DNA of 64,000 nucleotides, taken from Candidatus Eiseniibacteriota bacterium (lineage in GTDB: Bacteria; Eisenbacteria; RBG-16-71-46). Below, piece by piece: positions 45,114-53,356 of the stretch (position 1 is its first letter; each line of letters starts with the position of its first letter). The notes under the pieces are model-generated. The model was not told the origin of the DNA. It worked only from the letters and a program-made list of their open reading frames with translations, and ran no database searches. The stretch is from positions 32,001 to 96,000 of the forward strand of contig JBBRLX010000002.1 in the NCBI GenBank assembly GCA_038231135.1, read 5' to 3'. The position numbers were made by a program, and so were the translations under genes.

Positions 45114-47192
45114 GTGAGACCCGTCCGAGGATTCGCCGTTGCACTGCTCGCCGCCGGCATGTGCGCCGCGGCGGCGCAGGCCGCCACGACCCCGACCGCC
45201 CGGCCTTTGGCCACGAAAGCGAAAGGATCCATGACCCAGACCGAGACCGCGTCCAGTGCACCGTTTTGGACCGGCAATCCCGGCCCGGAGGCGTTCCGCG
45301 CCGCCCAGGAGGAGCGCCTCGACCGCGCGCGCGCGCTGATCGCGAAGCTGGCCGCCTCGAAGCCCCCGTACACCGTCGAGACCACGCTGCGCGTGTTCGA
45401 CAACGCGCAGCTCGAGCTCGACGCCGTCGGCGCGCAATCGTCGCTGATGGAGAACGTGCATCCCGATTCCGCACTCCGCACCGCGGCCGAGAAGCTGTCG
45501 CAGGAAGCCTCGGCGCTGGGCACCGATCTGTCGCTGAACCACAAGGTGTACGAGGCGCTATCGGCGATCCCGACCACGGGCCTCGACGCCGAGACGAAGT
45601 ACTACGTCGAGAAGACGCTGCGCGACTTCCGGCTGTCGGGTGTCGACAAGGACGACTCGACCCGCGCGCGGATCAAGGCGCTGAACGACGAGCTGGTGGT
45701 GATCGGGCAGGAGTTCGCGCGCAACATCCGCGAGGACAAGCGCCCATTCACGTGGGACGCCACCGACCTGGCGGGCCTCCCGGACGATTTCGTCACCCGC
45801 CACAAGGCCGACGCGCAGGGCAAGGTGACGCTGACGGTCGACTATCCCGACGCGGTGCCGGTGTTCAGCTACGCGAAGAGTGAGGCGCTGCGCAAAAAGA
45901 TGTTCATGGAGTACAACAATCGCGCGTTCCCGAAGAACATGGACGTGCTGACGCGCATGATCGGACGGCGCCACGAGCTGGCGACGCTGCTCGGGTTCAC
46001 GAACTGGGCCGACTACACCACTGCGAACAAGATGGTCGGCACCGCGAAGAACGCCCGTGACTTCATCGACAAGATCGTGGACGCGTCGAAGGAGCGCGCG
46101 GCGGCGGACTACACCGTGCTGCTCGCCCGCAAGCAGAAGGACGTGCCGGACGCGAAGGTCGTCAACGCGTGGGAGACGTCCTACTACAACGAGCTGGTGA
46201 AGAAGTCCGACTACAATTTCGACTCGCAGAAGATGCGGCCGTACCTGCCGTACGACGAGGTGAAGCAGGGCGTGCTCGATCTCGCGAGCCGCATGTTCAC
46301 CGTGACGTTCAAGCGCGTGCCGGACGCGCCGGTGTGGGACAAGTCGGTCGAGTGCTACGAGATGTGGGACGGCGGCAAGCTCGCGGGGCGGTTCTACCTC
46401 GACATGCATCCGCGCGCGGACAAGTACAACCACGCGGCGCAGTTCGACGTCCGCACCGGCCTCAAGGGCCGCCAGATTCCGGAGGCCGCGCTGATCTGCA
46501 ACTTCCCGGGTGGCGATCCCGGCGAGCCGGGGCTGATGGAGATCAGCGACGCGACCACGTTCTTCCACGAGTTCGGCCACCTGCTGCACTCGCTGTTCGC
46601 GGGCCAGCACCAGTGGATCGGCACCGGCGGCATCCGCACCGAGCAGGACTTCGTCGAGGCCCCGTCGCAGCTGCTCGAGGAGTGGATGAAGGACGGCAAG
46701 GTGCTGCAGACGTTCGCGCGCCAGTACCAGACGCACGAGCCGATTCCCATGGAGCTGGTGCAGCAGATGAAGCGCGCGAACGAGTTCGGCAAGGGGCTCG
46801 GCGTGCGCCGCCAGATGGTGTACGCGAACACCTCGCTGTCCTACTACGATCGCGACCCGGCCCAGGTGGATCTCGACGGCACGATCAAGCAGCTCACCCA
46901 GGAGTATCAGCCGTTCCCGTTCGTCGACGGCACGCACTTCGAGTGCTCGTTCGGCCACCTCGACGGCTATTCGGCCGTGTACTACACGTACATGTGGTCA
47001 CTGGTGATCGCGAAGGACATGTTCAGCGCGTTCGACAAGTCGAACCTGCTCGATCCCAAGGTGCCGACGCGGTACCGGCAGATCGTGCTGGCTCCGGGCG
47101 GCTCGATGCCCGCGGCGCAGCTCGTCCAGACGTTCCTCGGCCGGCCGTTCGGCTTCGAGTCCTACCGGGCATGGCTGAACGAGGCGAATTGA
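45114..47192 (+). CDS. M3 family metallopeptidase (thimet oligopeptidase-like), exported
   Basis: 'FYLDMHPR..KY.HAA','FFHEFGHLLH','DFVEAPSQLLEEW','FGHL.GYSAVYYTYMWS'. AGGAGG RBS before the GTG start, followed by a signal peptide. Confidence 0.93.
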   Translation: MRPVRGFAVALLAAGMCAAAAQAATTPTARPLATKAKGSMTQTETASSAPFWTGNPGPEAFRAAQEERLDRARALIAKLAASKPPYTVETTLRVFDNAQLELDAVGAQSSLMENVHPDSALRTAAEKLSQEASALGTDLSLNHKVYEALSAIPTTGLDAETKYYVEKTLRDFRLSGVDKDDSTRARIKALNDELVVIGQEFARNIREDKRPFTWDATDLAGLPDDFVTRHKADAQGKVTLTVDYPDAVPVFSYAKSEALRKKMFMEYNNRAFPKNMDVLTRMIGRRHELATLLGFTNWADYTTANKMVGTAKNARDFIDKIVDASKERAAADYTVLLARKQKDVPDAKVVNAWETSYYNELVKKSDYNFDSQKMRPYLPYDEVKQGVLDLASRMFTVTFKRVPDAPVWDKSVECYEMWDGGKLAGRFYLDMHPRADKYNHAAQFDVRTGLKGRQIPEAALICNFPGGDPGEPGLMEISDATTFFHEFGHLLHSLFAGQHQWIGTGGIRTEQDFVEAPSQLLEEWMKDGKVLQTFARQYQTHEPIPMELVQQMKRANEFGKGLGVRRQMVYANTSLSYYDRDPAQVDLDGTIKQLTQEYQPFPFVDGTHFECSFGHLDGYSAVYYTYMWSLVIAKDMFSAFDKSNLLDPKVPTRYRQIVLAPGGSMPAAQLVQTFLGRPFGFESYRAWLNEAN

Positions 47193-47230
47193 TGTAGCGC
47201 CGCCGGCTTGCCGGCGGCCGTATCGATACG

Positions 47231-47270
47231 ACGAAGCCGCGCGACCGAACCATGGGTCGCGCGGCTTCGT
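47231..47270. terminator. Strong hairpin between convergent genes (bidirectional terminator)
   Basis: acgaagccgcgcgacc-gaaccatg-ggtcgcgcggcttcgt, perfect 16-bp stem. Confidence 0.7.
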
Positions 47271-47294
47271 GCATGGCGCCGACGGCGCGTCGCG

Positions 47295-48371
47295 TCAGCC
47301 CGCCGCCTTGCTGCTCTCCCCCGGCCTCACGGTGCCTGCCAGCTCATCGGCGTGGAACGACGAGCGCACCAGCGGCCCCGAGGCGACGCTCTCGAAGCCC
47401 ATCGCCTCGGCCTGGTCGCGCCAGTAGGCGAACCGGTCGGGATGGACGTACTCCACGACGGGCAGGTGCTGCGGCGACGGCCGCAGGTACTGGCCGATCG
47501 TGAGCAGGTCGCAGCCGTGGGCGACCAGGTGCTCGAGCGTGAGCATCAGCTCGTCGTGCGTCTCGCCGAGGCCTAGCATGATCCCCGACTTGGTCTTGAT
47601 GCCGGCGCCGCTCTGCTTCACGCGCTGAAGCAGCTCGAGCGAGCGCGAGTAGCGCGCGCTGGGGCGCACCAGCGGGTGCAGCCGCTCCACGGTCTCGATG
47701 TTGTGGTTGATCACCTCGGGTCGCGCGTCGATCACGCGCTCGAGGTCGTCGGCGTGGCCGCGGAAGTCCGGGATCAGCACTTCGATCACGGTGGTCGAGC
47801 GGCGGCGGATCTCGCGGATCACGTGGGCGAAGATCGTGCTGCCGCCGTCGGCGAGATCGTCGCGCGCCACCGACGTGATCACCGTGTGCCGGAGGCCCAT
47901 GCCCGCCACCGCTTCACCGACGCGGCGCGGCTCGTCCCAGTCGACGTAGCCGTTGGGCCGGCCCGGCGCCACGGCGCAGAATCCGCAGCGACGTGTGCAC
48001 AGGTCGCCGAGGATCATGATCGTCGCGGTGCCGCGCGACCAGCAATGGCCGAGGTTCGGGCAGCGCGCCTCCTCGCACACGGTGACGAGCCGCTGGGACC
48101 GCAGCAGCGCCTTGGTCTCGGCGTATTCGCCCGCGCCCGGCAGCTTCACCTTGAGCCATTCCGGCAGCCGGCGATGCCCGCCCGCGGCCGCCGCGTCGGC
48201 GCCGATCCCCGCCCCCGAGCCCGACGCGCAGCCGCGCGTGCGCGGCGCCACCGGCAGGCGCTGCGGCACCGCGGGCCGCGGCGCGCCGTACACGCGGATC
48301 TCGGGATGGGCTCCGGCGGCCGCCGGAGCCGGCGCAGCGGAGGCGTTCAGGATCGGGAGTTCGTCACTCAT
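47295..48371 (-). CDS. lipA: Lipoyl synthase
   Basis: CEEARCPNLGHC (auxiliary cluster), CTRRCGFC (radical SAM), GQYLRPS, VRSSF. Confidence 0.96.
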   Translation of the reverse strand: MSDELPILNASAAPAPAAAGAHPEIRVYGAPRPAVPQRLPVAPRTRGCASGSGAGIGADAAAAGGHRRLPEWLKVKLPGAGEYAETKALLRSQRLVTVCEEARCPNLGHCWSRGTATIMILGDLCTRRCGFCAVAPGRPNGYVDWDEPRRVGEAVAGMGLRHTVITSVARDDLADGGSTIFAHVIREIRRRSTTVIEVLIPDFRGHADDLERVIDARPEVINHNIETVERLHPLVRPSARYSRSLELLQRVKQSGAGIKTKSGIMLGLGETHDELMLTLEHLVAHGCDLLTIGQYLRPSPQHLPVVEYVHPDRFAYWRDQAEAMGFESVASGPLVRSSFHADELAGTVRPGESSKAAG

Positions 48372-48375
48372 TCTT

Positions 48376-49536
48376 TCAGTCCTTCGCCATGGAGCCGGGC
48401 GTGATGTCGCCGGTGCCCTTGAGCGCCAGCATGCGATCGAGCGCGATGCGCGCGTCGCGGCGGATGTCGTCGGGCACGCGGACCGGGTTCACGACGTGCC
48501 CGGCGGCGAGGTTCTCGAGCGTCCACAGCAGGTGCGCGGGATCGATGCGGTTCATGGTCGCGCACGGGCACACGTTCTTCTGCAGCGAGCGGATGTGCTG
48601 GCCGGGATGCTCCGCCGCCAGCCGGTGGACCAGGTTGATCTCGGTGCCGATCGCCCACGACGCGCCGGCCGGCGCGCGCTCGACCTGCTCGATGATGAAT
48701 TCGGTCGAGCCCACGAGGTCGGCGTTCTGCACCACGTCGTACGGACATTCGGGATGGACCAGCACCTTCACCGCGGGATCGGCGGCCCGGATCTCGTCGA
48801 TCTGGCGGCGTGAGAACTTGGTGTGCACCGAGCAGAACCCGCGCCACAGGATGATGCGCGTCTCCGGGCGGAACGCGCGGGCGTTCACGCCGTCGAGGTC
48901 CTCGACGCGGAAGTCCCACTCCGCCATGTGGTCGAGCGGCACGCCCATCGCGCTCGCGGTGTTGCGGCCCAGGTGCTGGTCGGGGAAGAAGAACACGCGC
49001 GGCTTGCGCGCCCACGCCCACTCGAGCACCGAGCGCGCGTTGGACGACGTGCACACCACGCCGCCGCGGGCGCCGCAAAACGCCTTGAGCGCGGCGGTCG
49101 AGTTCATGTAGGTGATCGGGACGATGGTGTCGCCGTGGACCGCGGTGAGCCGGTCCCACGCCTCTTCCACGTCCTCGATGATCGCCATGTCGGCCATCGA
49201 GCAGCCGGCCTTCATGTCGGGCAGGATCACGGTCTGGTGCGGCTGCCGCAGCACGTCGGCCGATTCGGCCATGAAATGCACGCCGCAGAACACGATGAAC
49301 TCGGCGTCGGGCTGGCCGGCGGCGAGCTGCGCCAGCTTGAACGAGTCGCCGCGCACGTCCGCGAACTCGATCACGCTGTCGCGCTGGTAGTGATGCCCGA
49401 GCACGACGACCCGCTTGCCCAGCGCGCGGCGCGCGGCCCGCGTGCGCTCGCGAATCTCGTCGGCCGCCAGCGTGGCGTAGTCCGAGAACGGGCGGGCGCC
49501 CGGGGCGGGAGGTGCCGTGACGGTGAGCGGGGACAT
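48376..49536 (-). CDS. nadA: Quinolinate synthase
   Basis: GHHYQ, VFCGVHFMAE, AGCSMA, YMNS, CTSSNA, FCSVH, VHPEC, IGTE, CPCATM. Confidence 0.95.
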   Translation of the reverse strand: MSPLTVTAPPAPGARPFSDYATLAADEIRERTRAARRALGKRVVVLGHHYQRDSVIEFADVRGDSFKLAQLAAGQPDAEFIVFCGVHFMAESADVLRQPHQTVILPDMKAGCSMADMAIIEDVEEAWDRLTAVHGDTIVPITYMNSTAALKAFCGARGGVVCTSSNARSVLEWAWARKPRVFFFPDQHLGRNTASAMGVPLDHMAEWDFRVEDLDGVNARAFRPETRIILWRGFCSVHTKFSRRQIDEIRAADPAVKVLVHPECPYDVVQNADLVGSTEFIIEQVERAPAGASWAIGTEINLVHRLAAEHPGQHIRSLQKNVCPCATMNRIDPAHLLWTLENLAAGHVVNPVRVPDDIRRDARIALDRMLALKGTGDITPGSMAKD

Positions 49537-49547
49537 GCCGGGCTCCG

Positions 49548-49988
49548 TCAGTCGAGCTTGCCGGGCACCGGACGCCGCGACGCGAAGCCGCCGTCGAGCG
49601 TGTGCCAGTGCTTCACGTCGGTCTCACCCATCAGCCAGCACAGGAAGATCAGGCGGTCGCCCTTGAGTGAGTAGAAATCGACGAGGCCACGCTCGAGATC
49701 CTTCACGATGCAGCCGCGGCGATGAATGCGCTCGACGCCGTGCCGGATCCGGTCCGCCAGCGCGTCGCGGCGCGCCAGCTGCGCCGTGAGCTCGTGGGCG
49801 TCGGGGTTGTCCGCGCTGGCGCCGGCGATCGCGAGCTGCAACACGTCGATCCGCGACTCCACGCGGCCGAGTTCGCGCCGCGCCTGGACCATGGCCTCCA
49901 ACTCCGGCTGGATCTCCTCCGCGGTGCGGTTCGCCTCGTCGACGGTGAACAGCGTGAGCTTGACCCGCCGCCGGTCAGTGTCCGCCAC
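49548..49988 (-). CDS. DUF2203-like protein
   Basis: 'FTVDEAN', coiled coil, 'KDLERGLVDF...FLCW..GE..V.HWH....GF..R.P'. The start codon is uncertain (GTG overlapping the upstream stop region). Confidence 0.8.
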   Translation of the reverse strand: MADTDRRRVKLTLFTVDEANRTAEEIQPELEAMVQARRELGRVESRIDVLQLAIAGASADNPDAHELTAQLARRDALADRIRHGVERIHRRGCIVKDLERGLVDFYSLKGDRLIFLCWLMGETDVKHWHTLDGGFASRRPVPGKLD

Positions 49989-50379
49989 AGCCACAACCCC
50001 CGCCGCCACAGCCGCAACCCCCGCCCGCATGCGAGTGGGGTTCAGCCGGCGCTTCGTCCGTCTGGAACGAGCGTCCGCAGCCGCAGCCGCTCGATGCCTT
50101 GGGGTTTGTGATCGTGAAACCGGACGCCTGCAGCGTCTCGACGTAGTCGATCTTCGCGCCGTCGAGGAACGTGGCGCTCTGCGGATCGACGAGCACCCGG
50201 ATGCCGCCGAACTCGCCGACCCAGTCGCCGGCTTCCGCCTGCGGGGCCAGCATCATTCCGTATTCGTAGCCCGAACAACCGCCGGCGTGAACCGCCACGC
50301 GCAGCCCGAACACCGGCTCGGTCTGCTGGGCGATGACTTCGACGATCTTGCGGGTCGCGGTATCGGTCACCGTAATCAT
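49975..50379 (-). CDS. A-type Fe-S carrier (IscA/ErpA/HesB family) with His/Cys-rich tail
   Basis: 'MITVTD.A','GGCSGYEY','IDY','NP.A..GCGCGRSF', extra tail HSHAGGGCGCGGGGCGCGGH. Confidence 0.92.
   Translation of the reverse strand: MITVTDTATRKIVEVIAQQTEPVFGLRVAVHAGGCSGYEYGMMLAPQAEAGDWVGEFGGIRVLVDPQSATFLDGAKIDYVETLQASGFTITNPKASSGCGCGRSFQTDEAPAEPHSHAGGGCGCGGGGCGCGGH
49982..50023. repeat. 21-bp tandem repeat (2 copies) encoding the GGGCGCG tail
   Basis: ccgccacagccacaacccccg / ccgccacagccgcaacccccg. Confidence 0.8.
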
Positions 50380-50401
50380 GAGAACTGTCTCCTGATGAGT
50401 T

Positions 50402-51130
50402 TCACGCTGCCGAGCCCCGGAACTCCACGACGCCGGCGATCGGGCGGACCCGTTCCCGCGGCAGCCATTGAAGCGGGTCGAAGCCAAATTCGCCGGCGAA
50501 TTCGCGGGCGACCTGCTCCCGAACCTGTTCCAGGCCCGGCGTTTGCGTTCCTTGCGCTGCACAGCAGGCCGCCAGCGACGTCATGCGCACGCCGCGCAGC
50601 CCGCAAGGGTGGATGAGATCGAAGTCGGCCAGATCGGGCGCTACGTTGAGGGCGAAACCATGATAGCTGACCCAGCGCCGGACCGCGATTCCGATGGACG
50701 CGATCTTGTCGTCGCCCACCCAGACGCCGGTATTGCGGGCCGATCGCCCGGCCACGATGCCGTACGCGGCAAGCGCCTGGATCAGTACTTGTTCGATGCC
50801 CCGCAGGTACTTGTGGAGGTCCCGTCCTCGTGAGTTCAGGTCGAGAATCGGGTACCCGACGAGCTGCCCCGGGCCGTGCCAGGTGACGTCGCCGCCCCGG
50901 GCCACCTCGAACACCTCGATGCCGCGGGCGCTCAGGGTCGCGGGGCTCGCCAGGAGCGCCCCCGCGCTCGGATTCCGGCCCACGGTGAGCACCGGGGGGT
51001 GGTCCGGAAACAGCAGCCAGTCCCCGGTGTCCCCGGCCGCACGGGCCTGTACGAGGCCCTCCTGCAGCTCGAGGCCGTCCCGGTAGGAAGTGGGACCCAG
51101 ATGACAGGCATGGAGCGTGGTCACAGACAC
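50402..51130 (-). CDS. lipB: Lipoyl(octanoyl) transferase
   Basis: HPPVLTVGR, RGGDVTWHGPGQLVGYP, KIASIG, HGFALNV, PCGL. The start may instead be GTG at 51124. Confidence 0.95.
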   Translation of the reverse strand: MSVTTLHACHLGPTSYRDGLELQEGLVQARAAGDTGDWLLFPDHPPVLTVGRNPSAGALLASPATLSARGIEVFEVARGGDVTWHGPGQLVGYPILDLNSRGRDLHKYLRGIEQVLIQALAAYGIVAGRSARNTGVWVGDDKIASIGIAVRRWVSYHGFALNVAPDLADFDLIHPCGLRGVRMTSLAACCAAQGTQTPGLEQVREQVAREFAGEFGFDPLQWLPRERVRPIAGVVEFRGSAA

Positions 51131-51148
51131 GAGCCTATCACCGGCCGC

Positions 51149-51181
51149 AAAAAACCGGGCCGCCCGGAGCCCTGGCCCCGG
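51149..51181 (-). terminator. Intrinsic terminator after the E2 gene
   Basis: Minus strand ccggggcc...ggcccgg imperfect GC stem followed by TTTTTT. Confidence 0.55.
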
Positions 51182-51210
51182 TCATCACCGCCCGATCGTG
51201 ACCGGCCGGC

Positions 51211-52593
51211 TCAGGCGTAGAACCACAGCAGTTCCGGGCGCTCGAGCAGCTCGCAGATCCGCCGCAGGAACTTGACCGCCACCTCGCCGTCGATCACCCG
51301 GTGATCGAACCCGATCGCCAGGTTCATCATCGGCCGCGCGACGATCTGGCCATCGCGAACCACCGCCCGCTCCTGGATCTTGTGGACCCCGAGGATCGCC
51401 ACCTCGGGCACGTTGATCACCGGGGCCGAGTTGATCGCGCCGAACACGCCGGCGTTCGTGATGCTGAACGTGCCGTCCTGGATGTCGTCGGGCTTGAGCC
51501 GTTCGGCACGGGCCCGGGCGGCCAGGTCGTTCACCTCCGCCGCGAGCTGCGCCACGTTCTTGCGGTCGCAGTCCTTGATGTTGGGAACGATCAGCCCCTT
51601 GTCGTCGCGGCCCACGGCCATGCCGATGTTGTAGTACTTCTTGAGCACGATCGCGTCGCCCTTCACCTCGCCGTTCACCCACGGGAATTCCTTGAGCGCG
51701 AACACCGACGCCTTGATGAAGAACGGCATGTAGGTGAGCTTGACGCCGTGCGCCTCGAGCCGGGGCGCGTATTCCTTGCGCAACGCGACCAGCGCGGCCA
51801 TGTCGGCCTCGTCGAAGCAGTGGGTGTGCGCCGCCGTGTGCTTCGCCTTCACCATGTTCTCGGCGATCAGCCGCCGCACCTTGGTGAACGGCACCGTCTC
51901 GGTGCGTTCGCCGGACGCGGCGGGTGCTGCGCTCGCGGTGAGGAACCCCGGCAGCGGCCCGGGCGCGGCGGCCGGAGCCGCCGTACGCGACGGGGCCGCG
52001 GGTGCGGGCGCCGCGGTCCGGTTCTGCAGGTAATCGAGCAGATCGTCGCGCGTCACGCGGCCCGAGACGCCGGAGCCGGCGATGCGCGTCAGCTCGTCGA
52101 GCGCCACGTTCTGCTCGCGCATGATTTTGCGCACCGCGGGCGACAGGCTGCGCTCGTGCTCCAGGTCGGTGCCGTTGCCGGCGCCGGACGCGGCCGCCTG
52201 CAGCGGTGCCGGCGCGCGCGACGCCGCCACGGGCACCCGTGAGCCGCCCGCCGGGGCGGGAGCCGCGGGCGCAGCGGGCGCCGGCGCAGCCGCAGCGGTA
52301 GCCTTCGCGGCCGCGGGCGTCGCGGCGGCGGGAGCGGGCGTCGCGACGGCGTCACCCGCGGACGCGAGCACGCCGATCTCGGTGCCGACGAGCACGGTGG
52401 TGCCTTCCTGCACCACGATCGACTGCAGCGTACCCTCGGCCGGCGACGGGATCTCGACGTTGATCTTGTCGGTCTGGATCTCGACCAGCGGCTCTTCCTT
52501 GCGCACGCGGTCCCCGACCGCCTTGAGCCACTTGGAAACGGTCCCCTCGGCGACGCTCTCCCCGAGCTGGGGCACGACGATGGATACGCTCAT
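51211..52593 (-). CDS. 2-oxoacid dehydrogenase E2 (dihydrolipoamide acyltransferase), single lipoyl domain
   Basis: Lipoyl 'PQLGESV.EG...TDKI', E3-binding 'SP.VRK...GSG..GRVTRDD', catalytic 'FDHRVIDG'. Substrate specificity (PDH, OGDH or BCKDH) cannot be resolved by eye. Confidence 0.93.
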   Translation of the reverse strand: MSVSIVVPQLGESVAEGTVSKWLKAVGDRVRKEEPLVEIQTDKINVEIPSPAEGTLQSIVVQEGTTVLVGTEIGVLASAGDAVATPAPAAATPAAAKATAAAAPAPAAPAAPAPAGGSRVPVAASRAPAPLQAAASGAGNGTDLEHERSLSPAVRKIMREQNVALDELTRIAGSGVSGRVTRDDLLDYLQNRTAAPAPAAPSRTAAPAAAPGPLPGFLTASAAPAASGERTETVPFTKVRRLIAENMVKAKHTAAHTHCFDEADMAALVALRKEYAPRLEAHGVKLTYMPFFIKASVFALKEFPWVNGEVKGDAIVLKKYYNIGMAVGRDDKGLIVPNIKDCDRKNVAQLAAEVNDLAARARAERLKPDDIQDGTFSITNAGVFGAINSAPVINVPEVAILGVHKIQERAVVRDGQIVARPMMNLAIGFDHRVIDGEVAVKFLRRICELLERPELLWFYA

Positions 52594-52684
52594 GATTCCC
52601 TGGCCTCCCCTGAAATCCTCCGCCCGCGGGCGGTATGCGTTGCGGTCGGGTGGCGCCGCGCTGCCTGCGCGGCCCGCGCCGTCG

Positions 52685-53239
52685 TCAATGTCCCACCGGC
52701 AAGTTCGATCCTGTGGCACGCTGCTGGTTGCGATGTTCGAGCCGCACCCGCCGGCGCTCCTTCGCCCGGGAGTGCTCGTCACGCTCGGTGTCGGTTTCGA
52801 GTTGCAGCGGCGGCACCGCGACCGGCCGCCGGGTGATCGCGTCGATCGCCACGAACGTCACGTAGGCGGTGCTCGTGTGGCGTCGCTCCCCGGTCAGGAA
52901 GTCCTCCGAATCGACATCCACGCAGATCTCCATGCTGCTGTGATCGACCAGCGTGATGTGGGCGCGGATCAGCGCGAGCTGGCCCACGAGGATCGGTGCC
53001 TGGAACGACATCTCGTCGATCGCCGCCGTGACCACGGGACAGCGGCTATGCCGACTTGCCACCACCGCGGCGGCCAGATCGATCCAGTGCATCACCGTGC
53101 CGCCGAGCACGCTGCCGTGGACGTTGGCCTGGTGCGGCAGCACCAGCTCCGCCATCTCCGTGGCCGAGTCCGCGACGCGGCGCGGCGGCAGCGCGGTGTC
53201 GGGCGCGGCGAGGATCGGGTCTCCCTTAGGTCGTGGCAC
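52685..53239 (-). CDS. Acyl-CoA thioesterase (hotdog fold, YciA-like)
   Basis: 'VLP..AN.HG...GG..M..ID','VVTAAID...F..PI.VG','SSMEI','AY.TFVAID'. Confidence 0.9.
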   Translation of the reverse strand: MPRPKGDPILAAPDTALPPRRVADSATEMAELVLPHQANVHGSVLGGTVMHWIDLAAAVVASRHSRCPVVTAAIDEMSFQAPILVGQLALIRAHITLVDHSSMEICVDVDSEDFLTGERRHTSTAYVTFVAIDAITRRPVAVPPLQLETDTERDEHSRAKERRRVRLEHRNQQRATGSNLPVGH

Positions 53240-53247
53240 GAATCGGG

Positions 53248-53277
53248 ATTATAGGGACCGGATCGGACGGGGCGCAA
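53248..53277 (-). promoter_or_regulatory. Sigma70 promoter of the thioesterase-E2 unit
   Basis: TTGCGC-N18-TATAAT, with the -10 ending 8 nt before the GTG start. Confidence 0.65.
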
Positions 53278-53296
53278 CGGACGGGGACAACCCATT

Positions 53297-53331
53297 AAAA
53301 CGGCCGGCCGTCCACGAAGGACGGCCGGCCG
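53297..53331 (-). terminator. Rho-independent terminator
   Basis: cggccggccgtcc-5nt-ggacggccggccg perfect 13-bp stem followed by TTTT on the minus strand. Confidence 0.85.
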
Positions 53332-53356
53332 GTGAAACCATGCTGGTTCCGCGACG

